In this document: positions 12,928 to 26,505 of the stretch, one piece after another
How positions within the stretch are numbered: position 1 is the first letter of the stretch
Layout of the letters: every line of letters starts with the position of its first letter
Source of the DNA: Octopus sinensis
Taxonomy: Eukaryota
Length of the DNA stretch: 64,000 bases
NCBI RefSeq assembly: GCF_006345805.1
Contig: NC_043013.1
Span: 54,746,001 to 54,810,000 of the forward strand
Direction of reading: 5' to 3'
Translations under genes and position numbers: made by a program
The notes under the pieces: model-generated
The model's input: the letters and a program-made list of their open reading frames with translations, nothing else
What the model was told of the DNA's origin: nothing
Databases searched by the model: none

Positions 12928-13140
12928 CATGACAGGCACTAACATACAAATGCACAATTATGGATACAATATGTGAAAATAAATATACTCATACATACTT
13001 ATGGGCATGTATATATATATATATATGTGTATATATATATATATATGTGTGTGTATATATATATATATAATATATATATATATATATTTACATAGAGGAA
13101 TGTGTGAGTGCAGATACACACACACACACACACATACAGA
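12020..13140. repeat. Compound (TA)/(CA)/(GA)/(TATG) microsatellite field
   Basis: Direct reading; source of many spurious ORFs. Confidence 0.95.
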
Positions 13141-14154
13141 GTATGACACTCATAAAAATATCTTTGAAAGTAGTCTAAGCACAACTGAAACTGCAGAAGG
13201 TGTTTGTTGTGGTTGTTAAGGCAAGCAAATCCTTGGAAGGAAAAGTGATTGTCAAAAAGAACAAGAATCAAGTGGACAGTCGATTGTCTGTTATTGGTAG
13301 ACACAGCAGCATTAAAATGAATTGATTATTACTTAACCTGTCATCTTTCATTGAAGAAAAGATCATTCATGTATGTGTGAGCGTATTTGCAGCAATGTGA
13401 GGCAAGGAATCTGTGTGTGAGCGGAAGAGCATATGTGGGTGTATGGGTGCATCCTAGCTCTCTCTCTCTCTTGCTCTCTCTCTCTCTATCGCCCTTTATC
13501 TGTGTATCTCCTTCTTTCTCTCCCTTTTCACTTTCATTCTTTTTCTGTCACTATGTGTGTGTGTGTGAGTTTGTTGTATTCATGCATATGTATTTGCATA
13601 GCCACATGCAATTAAATGTACATTAAAGAGGAAAAGGGTGAGACTAGGGAGGGGAATAAATACACAGATAATTAGACAGATATATAAATAGAGAATGAGA
13701 GAAAGAGAGAGGGGGAGAGGGGGAAATGAAAGTAAGTGTAACAAAAGCCATTTCTAGTTTTGTTCTCCCTTCAAGAAAGCAACAACTGACACATTAAATA
13801 ATCAGAATGAGGGTTAGAAAGGAACCATGTGAAAAATTCTACCGTTGTTACAAATTTGGGATTTGAAATTTTGTTTTGGAATGAGTCACAAAAGAGAACA
13901 GTGAATCTCCAGAGTCTGCAGATAAACAAACTTCTACAGACTTTCGTTATTGTTCTTCCATTGTATCTTTACAGGTGTCAGCAAAGGTGAACACTTTTGT
14001 TCCCTTGACTGAAGTTTGTGGCACACAGAATGTCGATGCTGAATATTATTTACCATTTCTCACTCCTGGGACCAGCGAAACAATGTTTTAGAATTAAATA
14101 TGGTGACAGATAACACTAAGTCATGGACATCTTTGCTTAACAAACAACATTTGT

Positions 14155-14183
14155 TTACATGTGTATGTATGTGTGTGTGTGTG

Positions 14184-14246
<63 letters not shown>

Positions 14247-14487
14247 CGCACTTGTATATGTACATATGTATGAATTTGTGTGTGTGTGTATACACACACA
14301 TGTATATACATGTGTATATGTATATCTATCTTTCTTTCTCTATACACACACACACACATACATACACATATATACTTACATACACACATGCATATATATA
14401 TATATACACATACATACTTTATACACACAGGCACATATATATATACACATACATATATACACACATATATACATGTACATGTTTGTA

Positions 14488-14518
<31 letters not shown>
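14155..14518. repeat. (TG)/(TA)/(CA) microsatellite field
   Basis: Direct reading. Confidence 0.95.
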
Positions 14519-14778
14519 GGTGGCACGTAAAATACACCAATCCGACCGTGGCCGTTGCCAGCCTCGTCTGGCACCTGTGCAGGTGGCACGTAAATAGCAC
14601 CCACTACACTCACGGAGTGGTTGGCGTTAGGAAGGGCATCCAGCTGTAGAAACATTGCCAGATAAGACTGGAGCCTGGTGCAGCCTTCTGGCTTCCCAGA
14701 TCCCCGGTCGAACCGTCCAACCCATGCTAGCATGGAAAACGGACGTTAAACGATGATGATGATGATGATGATGATGAT
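14519..14778 (+). mobile_element. Family C retroposon (RTE-type 3' tail, ends in (GAT)n)
   Basis: ggttggcgttaggaagggcatccagctgtagaaac...catgctagcatggaaaacggacgttaaacgatgatgat; many copies in window. Confidence 0.85.
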
Positions 14779-15285
14779 ATATATATATATATACACATAT
14801 ATATATGACTATCCTTCTATCTGTATCTATATATGTATATGTTTAAAACATATAGACACCAGCATGAACACTCTCTTGGTGGTGGACTTCTGTTATTTGA
14901 GAATGGACAACAAGGCAAAATCTTTCAAATAACTGGCACAGTTTGTACGACAGGCTTCTGCACAATCTCTGTTCATTAAATTTCACTTACAAGACATGTT
15001 AGGCTGATACTGAAAGAAAATGCTTTTGCCCAAATTGCCTTGTACTGCTATTGAACTTGGGACTTCATGATTGTAAAATCATTCAGCCATACTATGCTTA
15101 CATACTCATATATATGTACGCACACACATATATATGTAGAAACACACATTAATCAGCACAAAGAATTTTATCTGAGATGGTTTCCCTTTGCAACCTACTA
15201 CAGCATATGAACACCATTAATACCATTTAATACCATCCTTTCATTCTGATGATGAGACTGGGAAGGTCTAGAAACATTAACATTC

Positions 15286-15428
15286 TCAAGAATTTGGTTT
15301 AAAAAAACATTGGAAATCCTAATTGTTACGTTATATTATTATCTTTTTGTAGACTTACAATAACTGTTAAAGTATTGTGTTACATAATGCTCTAATTTAG
15401 TATTTTCCCCTCCTGAAACCCAAACTAC
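15286..15428. repeat. Local duplication, copy 1
   Basis: Near-identical to 17036-17169. Confidence 0.9.
15359..15412 (-). CDS. Candidate 54-nt phase-1/1 internal exon (GGENTKLEHYVTQYFNSY), product unknown
   Basis: tttcag acceptor, gtaagt donor, open frame; lies in a local duplication; no recognised homology. Confidence 0.2.
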
Positions 15429-15804
15429 TAATGTCATTGTTCCAAACTAAATATATACGAAAATATGAATATAAATATAAGAAAATAAACTAAATATAAG
15501 AAAATAAGAAAACATGAACCATTTCCTCAAAAATAATGAACCAAATTTGAACACAGTCATGTTTTACTCTATTTGAAAGAAAATCTATTGGTTGCTTATA
15601 CCACACACACACACACACACACACATTTACATATACAGGCAATAAATGAAGTGATATTGACAATTATGATATTGATGGTGTGGCTACTTCATAGCCAAAA
15701 TATTTCAGTATATTTTAGCTACCACATGGTCATCACATGACCAACCAATAATATAGCTAATATATCTCTGTATTATTCTCTATCTCTATCTACATACATA
15801 CCTA

Positions 15805-16027
15805 TTTCTTTATTACCCACAAGGGGCTAAACATAGAGGGGACAAACAAGGACAGACATAGGTATTAAGTCGATTACATCGACCCCAGTACGTAACTGGT
15901 ACTTAATTTATCGACCCCGAAAGGATGAAAGGTAAAGTCGACCGCAGCAGAATTTGAACTCACGACGTAACGGCAGACGAAATACCGCTAAGCATTTCGC
16001 CCGATGTGCTAACGTTTCTGCCAGCTC
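15805..16027 (-). mobile_element. SINE family A, near full-length
   Basis: gtcgattacatcgaccccagt...atcgaccccgaaaggatgaaaggtaaagtcgac...gctaagcatttcgccc...ctgccagctc. Confidence 0.92.
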
Positions 16028-16245
16028 TCCCCATCATTAACCCTTACTAGCTGTTCAAGAAAGAGATCTTGTATTCCGTACAAAGACCTTGTGTTAACAT
16101 AAAGGCACAAAGTCAATGGATAACATGGGTCGCTCGTTTGTAGCTCATTGAGTTTTCAAGAAGCACAAATGTAAACACACACACGTGTGTGTGTGTATTT
16201 AAACCATCCTTATCATAATCGTTTCAAATCCCTCCTCCCTGTTGG

Positions 16246-16297
<52 letters not shown>

Positions 16298-16298
16298 T

Positions 16299-16623
16299 GA
16301 AGTAGAATAATAAAGGAAAGTGAAATGAGGAAAGTTTCTAACAATGCAGAGATGAAAGTTAAAAAACTTTTCTATATTTTGAGCTGAAAGACTCATCTTC
16401 AGAAATGTAGTCACTGCTGCAGTTCCTAGCACAAGTATAAAACCAAAATGGAGTCACTGCCCATCTGGATATCTAAATAACAGGATCTATGTAAGCACAT
16501 ATTTCCTTAACTCTACACTTCTGAAGATGGGCTTTGGCACTCAAAATATATAAAAAGTTTTTCAACTTTCTCTACATCGTTAGAAACCTTCCTCCTTTCC
16601 CTTTTCCTTCATTTTTCTACTTC
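16299..16623. mobile_element. Foldback/MITE-like element with ~110-bp arms, between (TA)n tracts
   Basis: 16299-16410 aligns to the reverse complement of 16513-16623 (roughly 80% by eye). Confidence 0.85.
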
Positions 16624-16663
16624 TGTACTACAATGCTTCAGACAAACTACAACACTCTTCTTT

Positions 16664-16716
<53 letters not shown>

Positions 16717-16960
16717 CAAGCTTCTTTCAGTTTATGCCTACCAAATACACCTACAAGGGTTTGGTTGGTCTAGGGGTGCAGTAGAAGAGACATGCCTGAG
16801 GTGTCACTGTGACTCAATCTTAAATCACACACTTAGGAAGCAAACGTTTTAATCACATGCCAGTTCTTGACACTATCATTACATTCATATATATATATAT
16901 ATATATTATATATGTGTGTATATGAATATTAATATATTATATATATTAATATATATGTGC

Positions 16961-17006
16961 ATATATGAATATATTATATATATATATATATAATATATTC
17001 ATATAT
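16961..17006. repeat. Perfect 46-bp AT-rich palindrome
   Basis: atatatgaatatatta-(ta)7-taatatattcatatat. Confidence 0.9.
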
Positions 17007-17035
17007 ATATTGATATATATATATATATATATATA

Positions 17036-17169
17036 TGAATTGGTTTTAAAAAGACATTGGAAATCCTAATTGCTACGTTATTATCTTTTTGTAGACTTAC
17101 AATAACTGTTAAAGTATTGTATTACATAATGCTCTAATTTAGTATTCCACCTCCTGAATCCCAAACTAC
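17036..17169. repeat. Local duplication, copy 2
   Basis: Near-identical to 15286-15428, with small indels. Confidence 0.9.
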
Positions 17170-17774
17170 TGAGAGGCCATCCTAACCTTTCATTGCTGTC
17201 AAATCAATAGAGTAAGTATTACTAAGCATACCAATGTATAAGTTTGAAATAGCAGAAGTGTTCAGTAACAAGTTGGAAAAAAAAACCTCAAAAAAACAAA
17301 CAAAAAAAACAAAACAAAAAGAGACTATCTCAAACAACATCTTGATCATTTTACTAGACATGCTGTTCACTGTCTCATTCCATCTCCCCTTCATAATCAG
17401 AAACACTGTGTATCCACTGTATGCATTTTTTTAAAAATCAATATAACAAAAATTAAAATAAAAAAATAAACAGTTTCAATAACAAAAATAAAATAAGTCT
17501 TTTGTTCTGGAAATCAAGATAAAATATATTCTTTTGTGTCGAAGTCAAAATTTCACAGTCGGAAAGGTGATAAGAATAACAGATTCCATTTGGCAAAAAA
17601 AAAAAATTATATATATATCAAGAGTAAAAAAACCAACTGTGAAATGACAGACAGAATATGTGTGTTTGGATGTGTGTTTGTATGCATATGTGTCTGTGCA
17701 TATATGTATATATGCATATATGCGTGTATGTACATGCAAATATATATATATGTATGTGAGAGTGTATACATGTC

Positions 17775-17810
<36 letters not shown>

Positions 17811-19262
17811 ATACATTTTGTGTCTATATGTAGACACACATACATACATACATCAATATATATACATATATATATATATTTATATATTTATAAACACACA
17901 TATATGTATATCTATCAATATATTAATCTATATGATAATAATTTATTGTATGCAGTGCGCAGGTGCACTGCAAAACATATGTTTTTATGTATATACACAC
18001 GCGCATGCATACATAGTTTTAAAAAAATAAGCATTTCATTCTCACTATTGTCTCACATATAAGAAATAGTTTCAAACTTTTTTTCAGAAAAATAAGTTGT
18101 CTTTTTTTTTTTATCCTCTCCCACTGCTCCTCATATATCACAAATAGTTTTGATACTAACAGTCTCAACGGTAAAAGAGTTGTTGTTTAAAGAATTTCAC
18201 TCTCTTCTAGTTCTAACATTTTGCCAAGTATGGAATTCCTGAAATCCCTGACCATTCAAACAGAATCCAATATTTCTGAAGCAATTATTCATATTTTTAA
18301 TGTATATTAATTAATTGAGATATATTTCAATACACACCAGACCAGTTCCATTATTGAATATAGAATATATACATATCAACATTAAGTTGTTTCACATATT
18401 TATAACACTTTAATAAAAAGAAGAAAAAAATCATATTTCAACATTGACCACAAGTGAAGGTTGTTTTTGAGAAAGAGAAAGTGTTTAATCACATCGTAGA
18501 AGAAGGAATTTATATGTGGTTTCATGACTTGCTAAAAATAACACCACAATGTCCCTTAAACTACAAGGAAAAGAAAATTATATAAATAATTGAGGTAAAT
18601 TACTGCTGGGAAAAAATAATAAAAAGTTGGGCTGATCATGGCTTGATTACCTTTAACCACAGGACAATTCAATCAGGTTTAACCTAGGGTTGAAAAACAA
18701 CATGTGCACGTGTGTGCAGGAATAGTAATTTAAACAAATATATTAATAGAAAAAAAACAGTATTAAAAATTATTAAAATGATTGATAATTTTGGTGTAAG
18801 GACTTGTGTTAAGGTCTATTGTAGATGATTAATTTAACACCAGTATATGACTGGTATTGATATTTATAGATCATGACAAGAATGAACAACTAAGTCAGGT
18901 TTGCTGAGACTCGATCTTCAAGTGCAAATGTATTCGCACATATTTACTGATATAGACATACAAACAAATCACATACATATACAGACATACGCGTCTTTTG
19001 GGAGAGAAAGAAAGAGAGAGAGAGAATGTGATGCATGCTTAAGAAACATTCAAACACACTGACAGCATACATACATATATATACACATACATATATATAC
19101 ACATATATATATAAACACACACACACACACACATTTATCAATATAAATAAATGCCGATACAAACTGAATATGATGCAACACGAATGTAATAGATATTCTT
19201 TATTACAAGCACAGAAAGGTCTGGAATAAAATATTTCTTTAAATATAATGTGTGTGTGTGTA

Positions 19263-19347
<85 letters not shown>

Positions 19348-20070
19348 CATAAACCCTGCACTTATTTCCACTGGACAAGATAAACTTACTTGCTTTAATA
19401 AAACATACATTTGTCTATATACAACAATTTCAACATTCATATACAGATGATAACAGATACATACCAAGCTATACATACATATACACATATAAATTCGTGT
19501 TTGTGAGTGTATGTGTGTTTATGTGTGTATATGTATGTATATGTGTCTATGTGTATGTACATATATGTATGATCATGCATATATATTTATATGTAAGCAT
19601 GCATATAAATGTTGCATGTGTTGTAGCATAAGTGTGTATTGAAGATGATGTAAACATCTTGTAAGAGATGTTTTTGTATAAGTACACATTCATTTGCATC
19701 CAGACATGAATCAATACATCCATGCAGATAGCACACATGTGCATCTACAGTGACGTAAACACGTGCCTGTTGCAAATGTGTGCTAAGAATCAAATTTCCA
19801 TGGGAAATTAAATCTGTATTGGGAAACAGCATGGAAGCATGCGTATGCAAGCGTATTTATGTCTGTACTTGGAAATCTCTTAACACACATACACACATGC
19901 ACAGGAGTTCGTGTATGTATGTGCATGTATACATACATACATATATATATATACATACATATATATATATATGTATACTTATATATTGATATGCGTGCAC
20001 TTAAATATACACACACATATATATACATATATATGTATGCATGTATGTATATATATATATATACATATAT

Positions 20071-20118
<48 letters not shown>

Positions 20119-20551
20119 AAGTACATATGCACACATATATGCATTTATATGTATGTGTGTTCATAAATGCATACTCATGTATTTCTACATATAGATATCA
20201 ATATTTAACAAATGCCAGTAGGAATGAAAGCAAAAAAAATATCAAAAACAGACACATCAACAATAGACAGACTGATAGACAGACAGATCAGAATATACGG
20301 ATGCATCTCTGTTAGTTTCGGTTTGTGTGAACACTTATCCATATACACATGAACATACTTCCTCATAAATTATTAAATTTTCTAAGTCATCGAAATATTC
20401 TTAAAACAAGCACATGCATATACATATACACATGCGTGCCTATTAACCCCTCTCTCTCTCTCTCTCTCTCTCTCATACACACACACACACACACACGCAG
20501 AACCGGTGACAATGAAATGTGCATACATACTTTCAAAGAAATCATACATAC

Positions 20552-20603
20552 AGTAACGTTAGCTGTGTCTAGCACTGAATCATAGACCGTCATTCATTGA
20601 TGG
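20552..20603 (-). CDS. Candidate first coding exon (MTVYDSVLDTANVT)
   Basis: ttctattgacag acceptor, ATG at 20593, gtatgt donor; local CpG enrichment; no recognised homology. Confidence 0.2.
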
Positions 20604-21379
20604 CTGTCAATAGAAATCAATAATATTCAGCACAGTACCTCTGTAGTAAAATCCAAGCTCTCTGATGCTATTGTACGGATATTCTGCAACCTACTATCGT
20701 TGAGTGTTGTATCTGACGGCAAACAATAAGACTACTCTCTCAGCTACAGTAGTAGACACAGAAATAGTACATCGTTAGCAGGTGAAACATCTTGTCGAGT
20801 GCTAACTAAAACTATTGATGCCAAAAACACAATTTTTTTTTAAAGGAGTGGGGGAGGGGAGGGGGTAAAGTAAAAAACAAAAACAGAAGCAATATTACAG
20901 TGGTATAATTCTGTGAATATACATTAATATATCCTATATATTTATATTAGCTATACATACATACGCATATACATACTCATATGTGCACACTTCACACATA
21001 TGCATAGACACACATATATATACATACACACACATACATACATACACACATATACATACATACATATATATACATATATATATATATACATATACACACA
21101 CACACATATATATATATATACACATACACACACACACATATATATATATACACATACACACACATATATATATATACATATAACATATATACATAGGCAT
21201 GTACTTATATACACAAATGTGTACTCACACACACATACACATATATATAAATACATACACACAAAAATATCTGTGTGTATGCGTATGAAAACATTTAGTA
21301 TTTTTGTGGGATTTGTATTTTGCATGTGTTTAACTAAGTTTAAAAAAAAAAGACAAAACAAGAAGATACACACAAAAAA

Positions 21380-21760
21380 AAAAAGTTGAAGTGCGGCAGA
21401 ATTGAGAAACCGGCTGCTTTGCGGTGTGCCTCCTCTGAGCACTCGATAAACTACCGACAAAATCGCGATTCCACCACACCAACCCCGCCTCCCCACCACC
21501 ATTATAAATCCCACATGTGTATATTACTTACTATGAGCTCCACTAACTTCTTATATTAGTAGTTCTTGCTTAAAACTTTAGCAGTCTTCCTCCTTGGCCA
21601 ATGCTTTGATGATGCTACAGCTGCTGTACATCTCTCTCTCTCTCTCTCTTGTTCTTCTTCTCTCTAAGCTGTCCTGTAATACACTTCACAACCAGAAACA
21701 ACTTGGACACACCAGCGTACTCATGCAGAAACACACACACACACACACGCACACACACAC
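21380..21760 (-). promoter_or_regulatory. CpG-enriched promoter/first-exon-like patch with candidate 5'UTR exon ending at 21532
   Basis: Cluster of CpGs at ~21390-21490 against a CpG-poor background; strong donor CATA|gtaagt at 21532/21531. Confidence 0.3.
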
Positions 21761-21896
21761 ACACAGTTCTAACTTGATAGGAAGATGAAAATCTGAAAGT
21801 GGTTATATAACTCATCTTTCACATTTATTAGTTTGTTTACATAATTGTTTGTGTGGGTGTGTATGAATGTGTGTGTATATACACACATACACACAT

Positions 21897-21933
<37 letters not shown>

Positions 21934-22521
21934 GATAGATAGATATATTGATAGATAAATAGACATACATACAGATAGATATATAGGTAGATAGGTGGGT
22001 AGATAGATACACACGTGCATACATACTCACACACACTCCTACACACTCGCATTTATATATATACATTTTATTACACTCATATTAATAGGGACTCTGGTTT
22101 GAGGAATGAGGTACCATTTTCTTAATGTTTTTCTTTTCTGGTTCCTTCAGGGTACTTTTGTCTGTATACAACTAGAGTTGCACAGATATCTGTGGGGATG
22201 CAAGTGTATGTGTGGGGGAAGGAGAGGAGGGAGGGGCATATTTATAAACATATCACTGCGTATTTATGATACCAATTTTGCTTTTGTAGTATAGTGGCCG
22301 GCACATCGTTCAGTATGTGTGTGTGTGCTTCTTTTTTCTGTGTGTGTGTATATGTGTGTGTGTATCTACAGTACTTGTGTACACTTACATAAATATATGC
22401 ATTATGCACGCACACACACACACACACATATTCAGTTTTTGGAAAAAAATGGTATTTGTTATGTTATTCCCATTTGAACATATGCGTGTAAATACCGGCT
22501 AAAATTCACAAAACTTCAACA

Positions 22522-22552
<31 letters not shown>

Positions 22553-22734
22553 CACATATATACAAAGTTTTCCTTTTCAGTATATGTGTCTGTCTGTCTG
22601 TATGTGTTTGTATTTATATACACAGACCTGAGGGATGAACAACAAAGTTGGTCCCTCTGAGATTTGAAATCAGAATGGTAAAGTGGCGCCAAACTAAATA
22701 AGTCAAGGTAAATAGTCTACTTTACTATTATTAT

Positions 22735-22804
22735 GCAAACCTTATTACTTCATTTATATATGTGTGTATGTGTGTGTGTGTGTGTGTGTGTATATCTATC
22801 TATC

Positions 22805-22845
<41 letters not shown>

Positions 22846-22947
22846 ATATATATGTGTATATATATATATATGCATATATATATATATGTGTATATATATG
22901 CATATATTATATATGTGTATATATATATGTGTATATATATATATGCG

Positions 22948-22980
<33 letters not shown>

Positions 22981-23050
22981 GCATATATATATATGTATAA
23001 TATATATGTGTATATATATATGTGTGTATATATATATATATATATGTTTG

Positions 23051-23084
<34 letters not shown>

Positions 23085-23098
23085 TATGTTTGTATATA

Positions 23099-23131
<33 letters not shown>

Positions 23132-23190
23132 TGTATATATATATATATATGTGTGTATATATATACTTATATGTTGCATATGTATGTGTA
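22735..23190. repeat. (TG)/(TA) microsatellite field
   Basis: Direct reading. Confidence 0.95.
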
Positions 23191-23599
23191 TAAGTTAGTA
23201 AAATTTTAATTTGATAACTTTGCAAGCATTTATAAAAGGAATTTGGGACATCTCGGACAAAGTTCTTGTTGAAAAAAACAGAGCAAAGTTTTCCTTTGTG
23301 CTTAATCCATGAGAGTTTGTCTGGGGTAAGGAACGACAGAATGTGGCAATGATTTAGTTGTGCCGCATGCGTGGGAAGGAAGAGTACAAGTAGAGAAAAA
23401 TACTGCAAGAGAGATGGAGAGAATTTTGTAGTGGGTGAGGTGGAATTAAATAAGAATGGTATGCTTAAAGATGGAGAGAATAGAGATTTTTAAGTAAGAA
23501 ATATGAAGTTTAAGTGTAAAAGACTCCTTGTTAAGACAACAGTTCTTTCTTTTCTGGTAAGCTACCCAAAGGACTTTACCAATCACAGCTGGAAGCAAG

Positions 23600-25300
23600 T
23601 ATCCACAACTATACATCTGGTCCTAAATTATTTCTCCGAATTCTGTCTCTAATCTCATTATAATCAAACCATTTACATCCTTCCCCCAAATCCAATAATC
23701 TAAATCCTCAAATCCACCAACCTTCTCTGCTAGTATTTTTTCTACCGTTACCCCATTCCTACCATTCCTTTAAAGTCTTCGGTTTAAGTTCTTCAGGATA
23801 CTCCAAATCTCTGTTCACCAAGATCACCTAATTAACTCACAGCAGCAACCTATCAGCTTTTAAACTTTTACCTGGCTGCCATCACCTACACTTACCCAAC
23901 ACCACTCCCACCCAACTCCTCTGAGACAAACATATGCTCACTCTTAATTGCTTCTCTTATTGTGGTTAGTTTTACAAACATGTCACTGGGGTTACTCTGA
24001 GTACTCATAGGGACCGACACAATGGACACCTATTTGTAGGCAACACTGAATACAGTGACCACACAGCTCTGGAATCATTCCAGAGCTACATGTTCATTGT
24101 TAATGGTGACAGCATCAATGCCACCACATCCTTAAGACAACGACTTGACAGTCTCATCCCTTACACTAACATGTTTCAATCTGTTTTAGAATTCACTTCT
24201 GACACCTCTATCCTGTTTCTAGCTGTCTCTGTCCCTGCCATTAATACCCACACTGATTTACTTTTCTCTGCTAAAAACCCTGCTGCTATTTCCACCATTC
24301 CTCCTATCATCCATTGTCTCAATCTCTTAATTCCTCTAACTTCTTGTTATGCAGCATCAGTTTGAATTACTACCCCAAATCTGAAGAAATGCAGCATGTC
24401 TTCAACAGAGGGCACCCTCAAGTCAGTTTTGGATCTCACACTTCCTTGAGCTCCAAACTCTCAACTCAGTCACCATTCCATTCTACTATCCTCTTCCAGT
24501 ACATGTACCTGTTAAGTTCCACCTTCATTCACAATTTAGTCGTCTATCCTCTCACTGAAACTCACTCTCTTCTAATATTTCCTTTTTATAAAACCAAACC
24601 TTTCTTTCTACACCTTCTTTCTTTTTCTTCAAAATGGTCCAAAAAGTCTCTGCAACTATTTCTAATTTTAATTCATTGAATTAGAATCTTCATTGCTCCC
24701 AGCCAAACACAACCAAATATTTTGAAGTGCACATGCCACAAACACCATACATATGTCTACATTAATAAGGATTTAGAGATTCAGGCACCAAACCAGCAAT
24801 TTGGAATGGAGTGAGTAATTCAGTATCATTAATCCCAGTCCTTGTGTAATATTTTAGTTTATTAACCCTGGAGGAATGAAAGGCAAAAACCACCCTAATA
24901 CAATAATTCCTGATCCCAAATCCTAGTAACAAAATCCCACAAAATGTCAGACTTCCCTTGTACGGCCACCAGCACTACATAGTATGTCACATACAAAGAC
25001 TGCAGTAATATCTACACTGATAAAACAAGCTGCTGTCATCTGGGAGGTCAATTCTATCAGCACTTTAGCACTAATCTCCCAAACACTCCCAGAATCCTGT
25101 TTCACCACTATTTCAACACATCTGATCATTCCATTAATGATGTCTTAGTCTCTGGTGTTTCTGTACACCACAACACATTTCACGTACCAAGAATCACAAG
25201 CAACACCAAATTGCATTCCCTTTTGAAGCATCACCCTCAAACCCCACCCCATCTGAATGAATGCTGTTCCCCCTCTTTGTTCTACTCCCCTGGTTTTATA
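23600..25300 (+). mobile_element. Decayed Penelope-like element (RT plus GIY-YIG)
   Basis: VTGVTLST..LFVG resembles Q..GVAMGT..LFVG; VLEFTSDTSILFLAVSV resembles LEFT.E.S...FLDVSV; downstream CTATS..YVTYKDCSNIYTDKT and HYFNTSDHS resemble the GIY-YIG domain. Confidence 0.7.
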
Positions 25301-25814
25301 TAATTCTGAATTTAGCATTAAAATTTTTTAAATATTATTGGCCATGTGCCCCAAAGTGAAAACTTCACAGCTCCCATAGTCATATTTCTCTGCCCTTCTG
25401 CTCTGCGTATAAAGTCTTTATGAACATAGGAACATGTGCGAACACTTCTGACAAGTCTTCTGTTCCAGTCATAATGCAATCAATATGGCCTTCCCTCCTT
25501 AAACTGACCATTCTTCTCATTCTCATTCTCCTTTAATCAATTTTATTCTTTCTCCACATCATTCCTCCCCATTGCTCTTCCTTTCTCTCATCCAATAATT
25601 TTCTCTCTCGCTAATTACTTCTCTCTTCTTACTCACACATGCAGAACTTCTAGCACTGCCTTTTCCTTCCATTCTACACTGTGTGTCCAAGCTCACATAA
25701 ACCAATATCAAAGGTAAATATTTAGCTCTTACCATGAAGATGGTCTTTAGACTACAAATACATACAGTTTTGCTGACACAAACTAACACTGACCTTCCTT
25801 GATACAGCTAAAAG

Positions 25815-25995
25815 GTACCCAGTAGATTCTGTAACGTGGTTGGCATTGGGAAGGGAATCCAACTGTAGAAACCATGCCAAATCAGACAACAGGAGCATGA
25901 TGTAGCTCTCCAGCCTTGCCAGTTCCTGTAGAACTGTCCAACCCATGCATGGAAAATGGATATTAAAAGATGATAGTGATGATGATGATAATGAT
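25815..25995 (+). mobile_element. Family C retroposon
   Basis: ggttggcattgggaagggaatccaactgtagaaac...catggaaaatggatattaaaagatgat. Confidence 0.8.
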
Positions 25996-26110
25996 GGGAT
26001 GTGCTTACAAATTAATATATTCAAAGCCTCAATTACTTCAAGTCCCCACCCATAAGTAACCAATGCATGTTTCAATGCTTCCATCCCCGACCAAACTTCT
26101 GTTTAAAACG

Positions 26111-26196
26111 TACAGTAATCCCTCGACTATTGTGGGTGTTATATTCCAAAACCACCTGTGATAGGTGAAAATCCACAAAGTAGAAACAGTACTGTA
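26111..26196 (+). mobile_element. Tigger/pogo-type (Tc1/mariner) MITE end fragment
   Basis: TA followed by CAGTAATCCCTCG, typical of Tigger-like TIR starts; no full second TIR found. Confidence 0.5.
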
Positions 26197-26239
26197 TATT
26201 TTTTATTATTTTTATAAGTTGTATATATTTATTATATTT

Positions 26240-26505
26240 ATCATCATCATCGTTGTCGTTTAATGTCCACTTTCCATGCTGGCATGGTTTAGACGGTTTG
26301 ACTGGGGTCTGACAAGCCAGAAGGCTGCACCAGGCTCTAATCCAATCTGGTAAGGTTTCTACAGCTGGATACCCTTTTTAATGCCAACCACTCTGAGAGT
26401 GTAGTGGGTGCTTTTTACATGCCACTGGCATGAGGGTCATGCTTAAATGGTGTTTTCATGTACCACTGGCACGGGAGCCAGTCAGGAGGCACTGGCAACG
26501 ACCAT
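26240..26505 (-). mobile_element. Family C retroposon
   Basis: catcatcatcgttgtcgtttaatgtccactttccatgct...ggataccctttttaatgccaaccac. Confidence 0.85.

Noticed and set aside
18200-18280. HFAKYGIPEI, similar to the gypsy integrase FARYGLPE motif
   Set aside because: Only a short motif; no flanking integrase or LTR features visible
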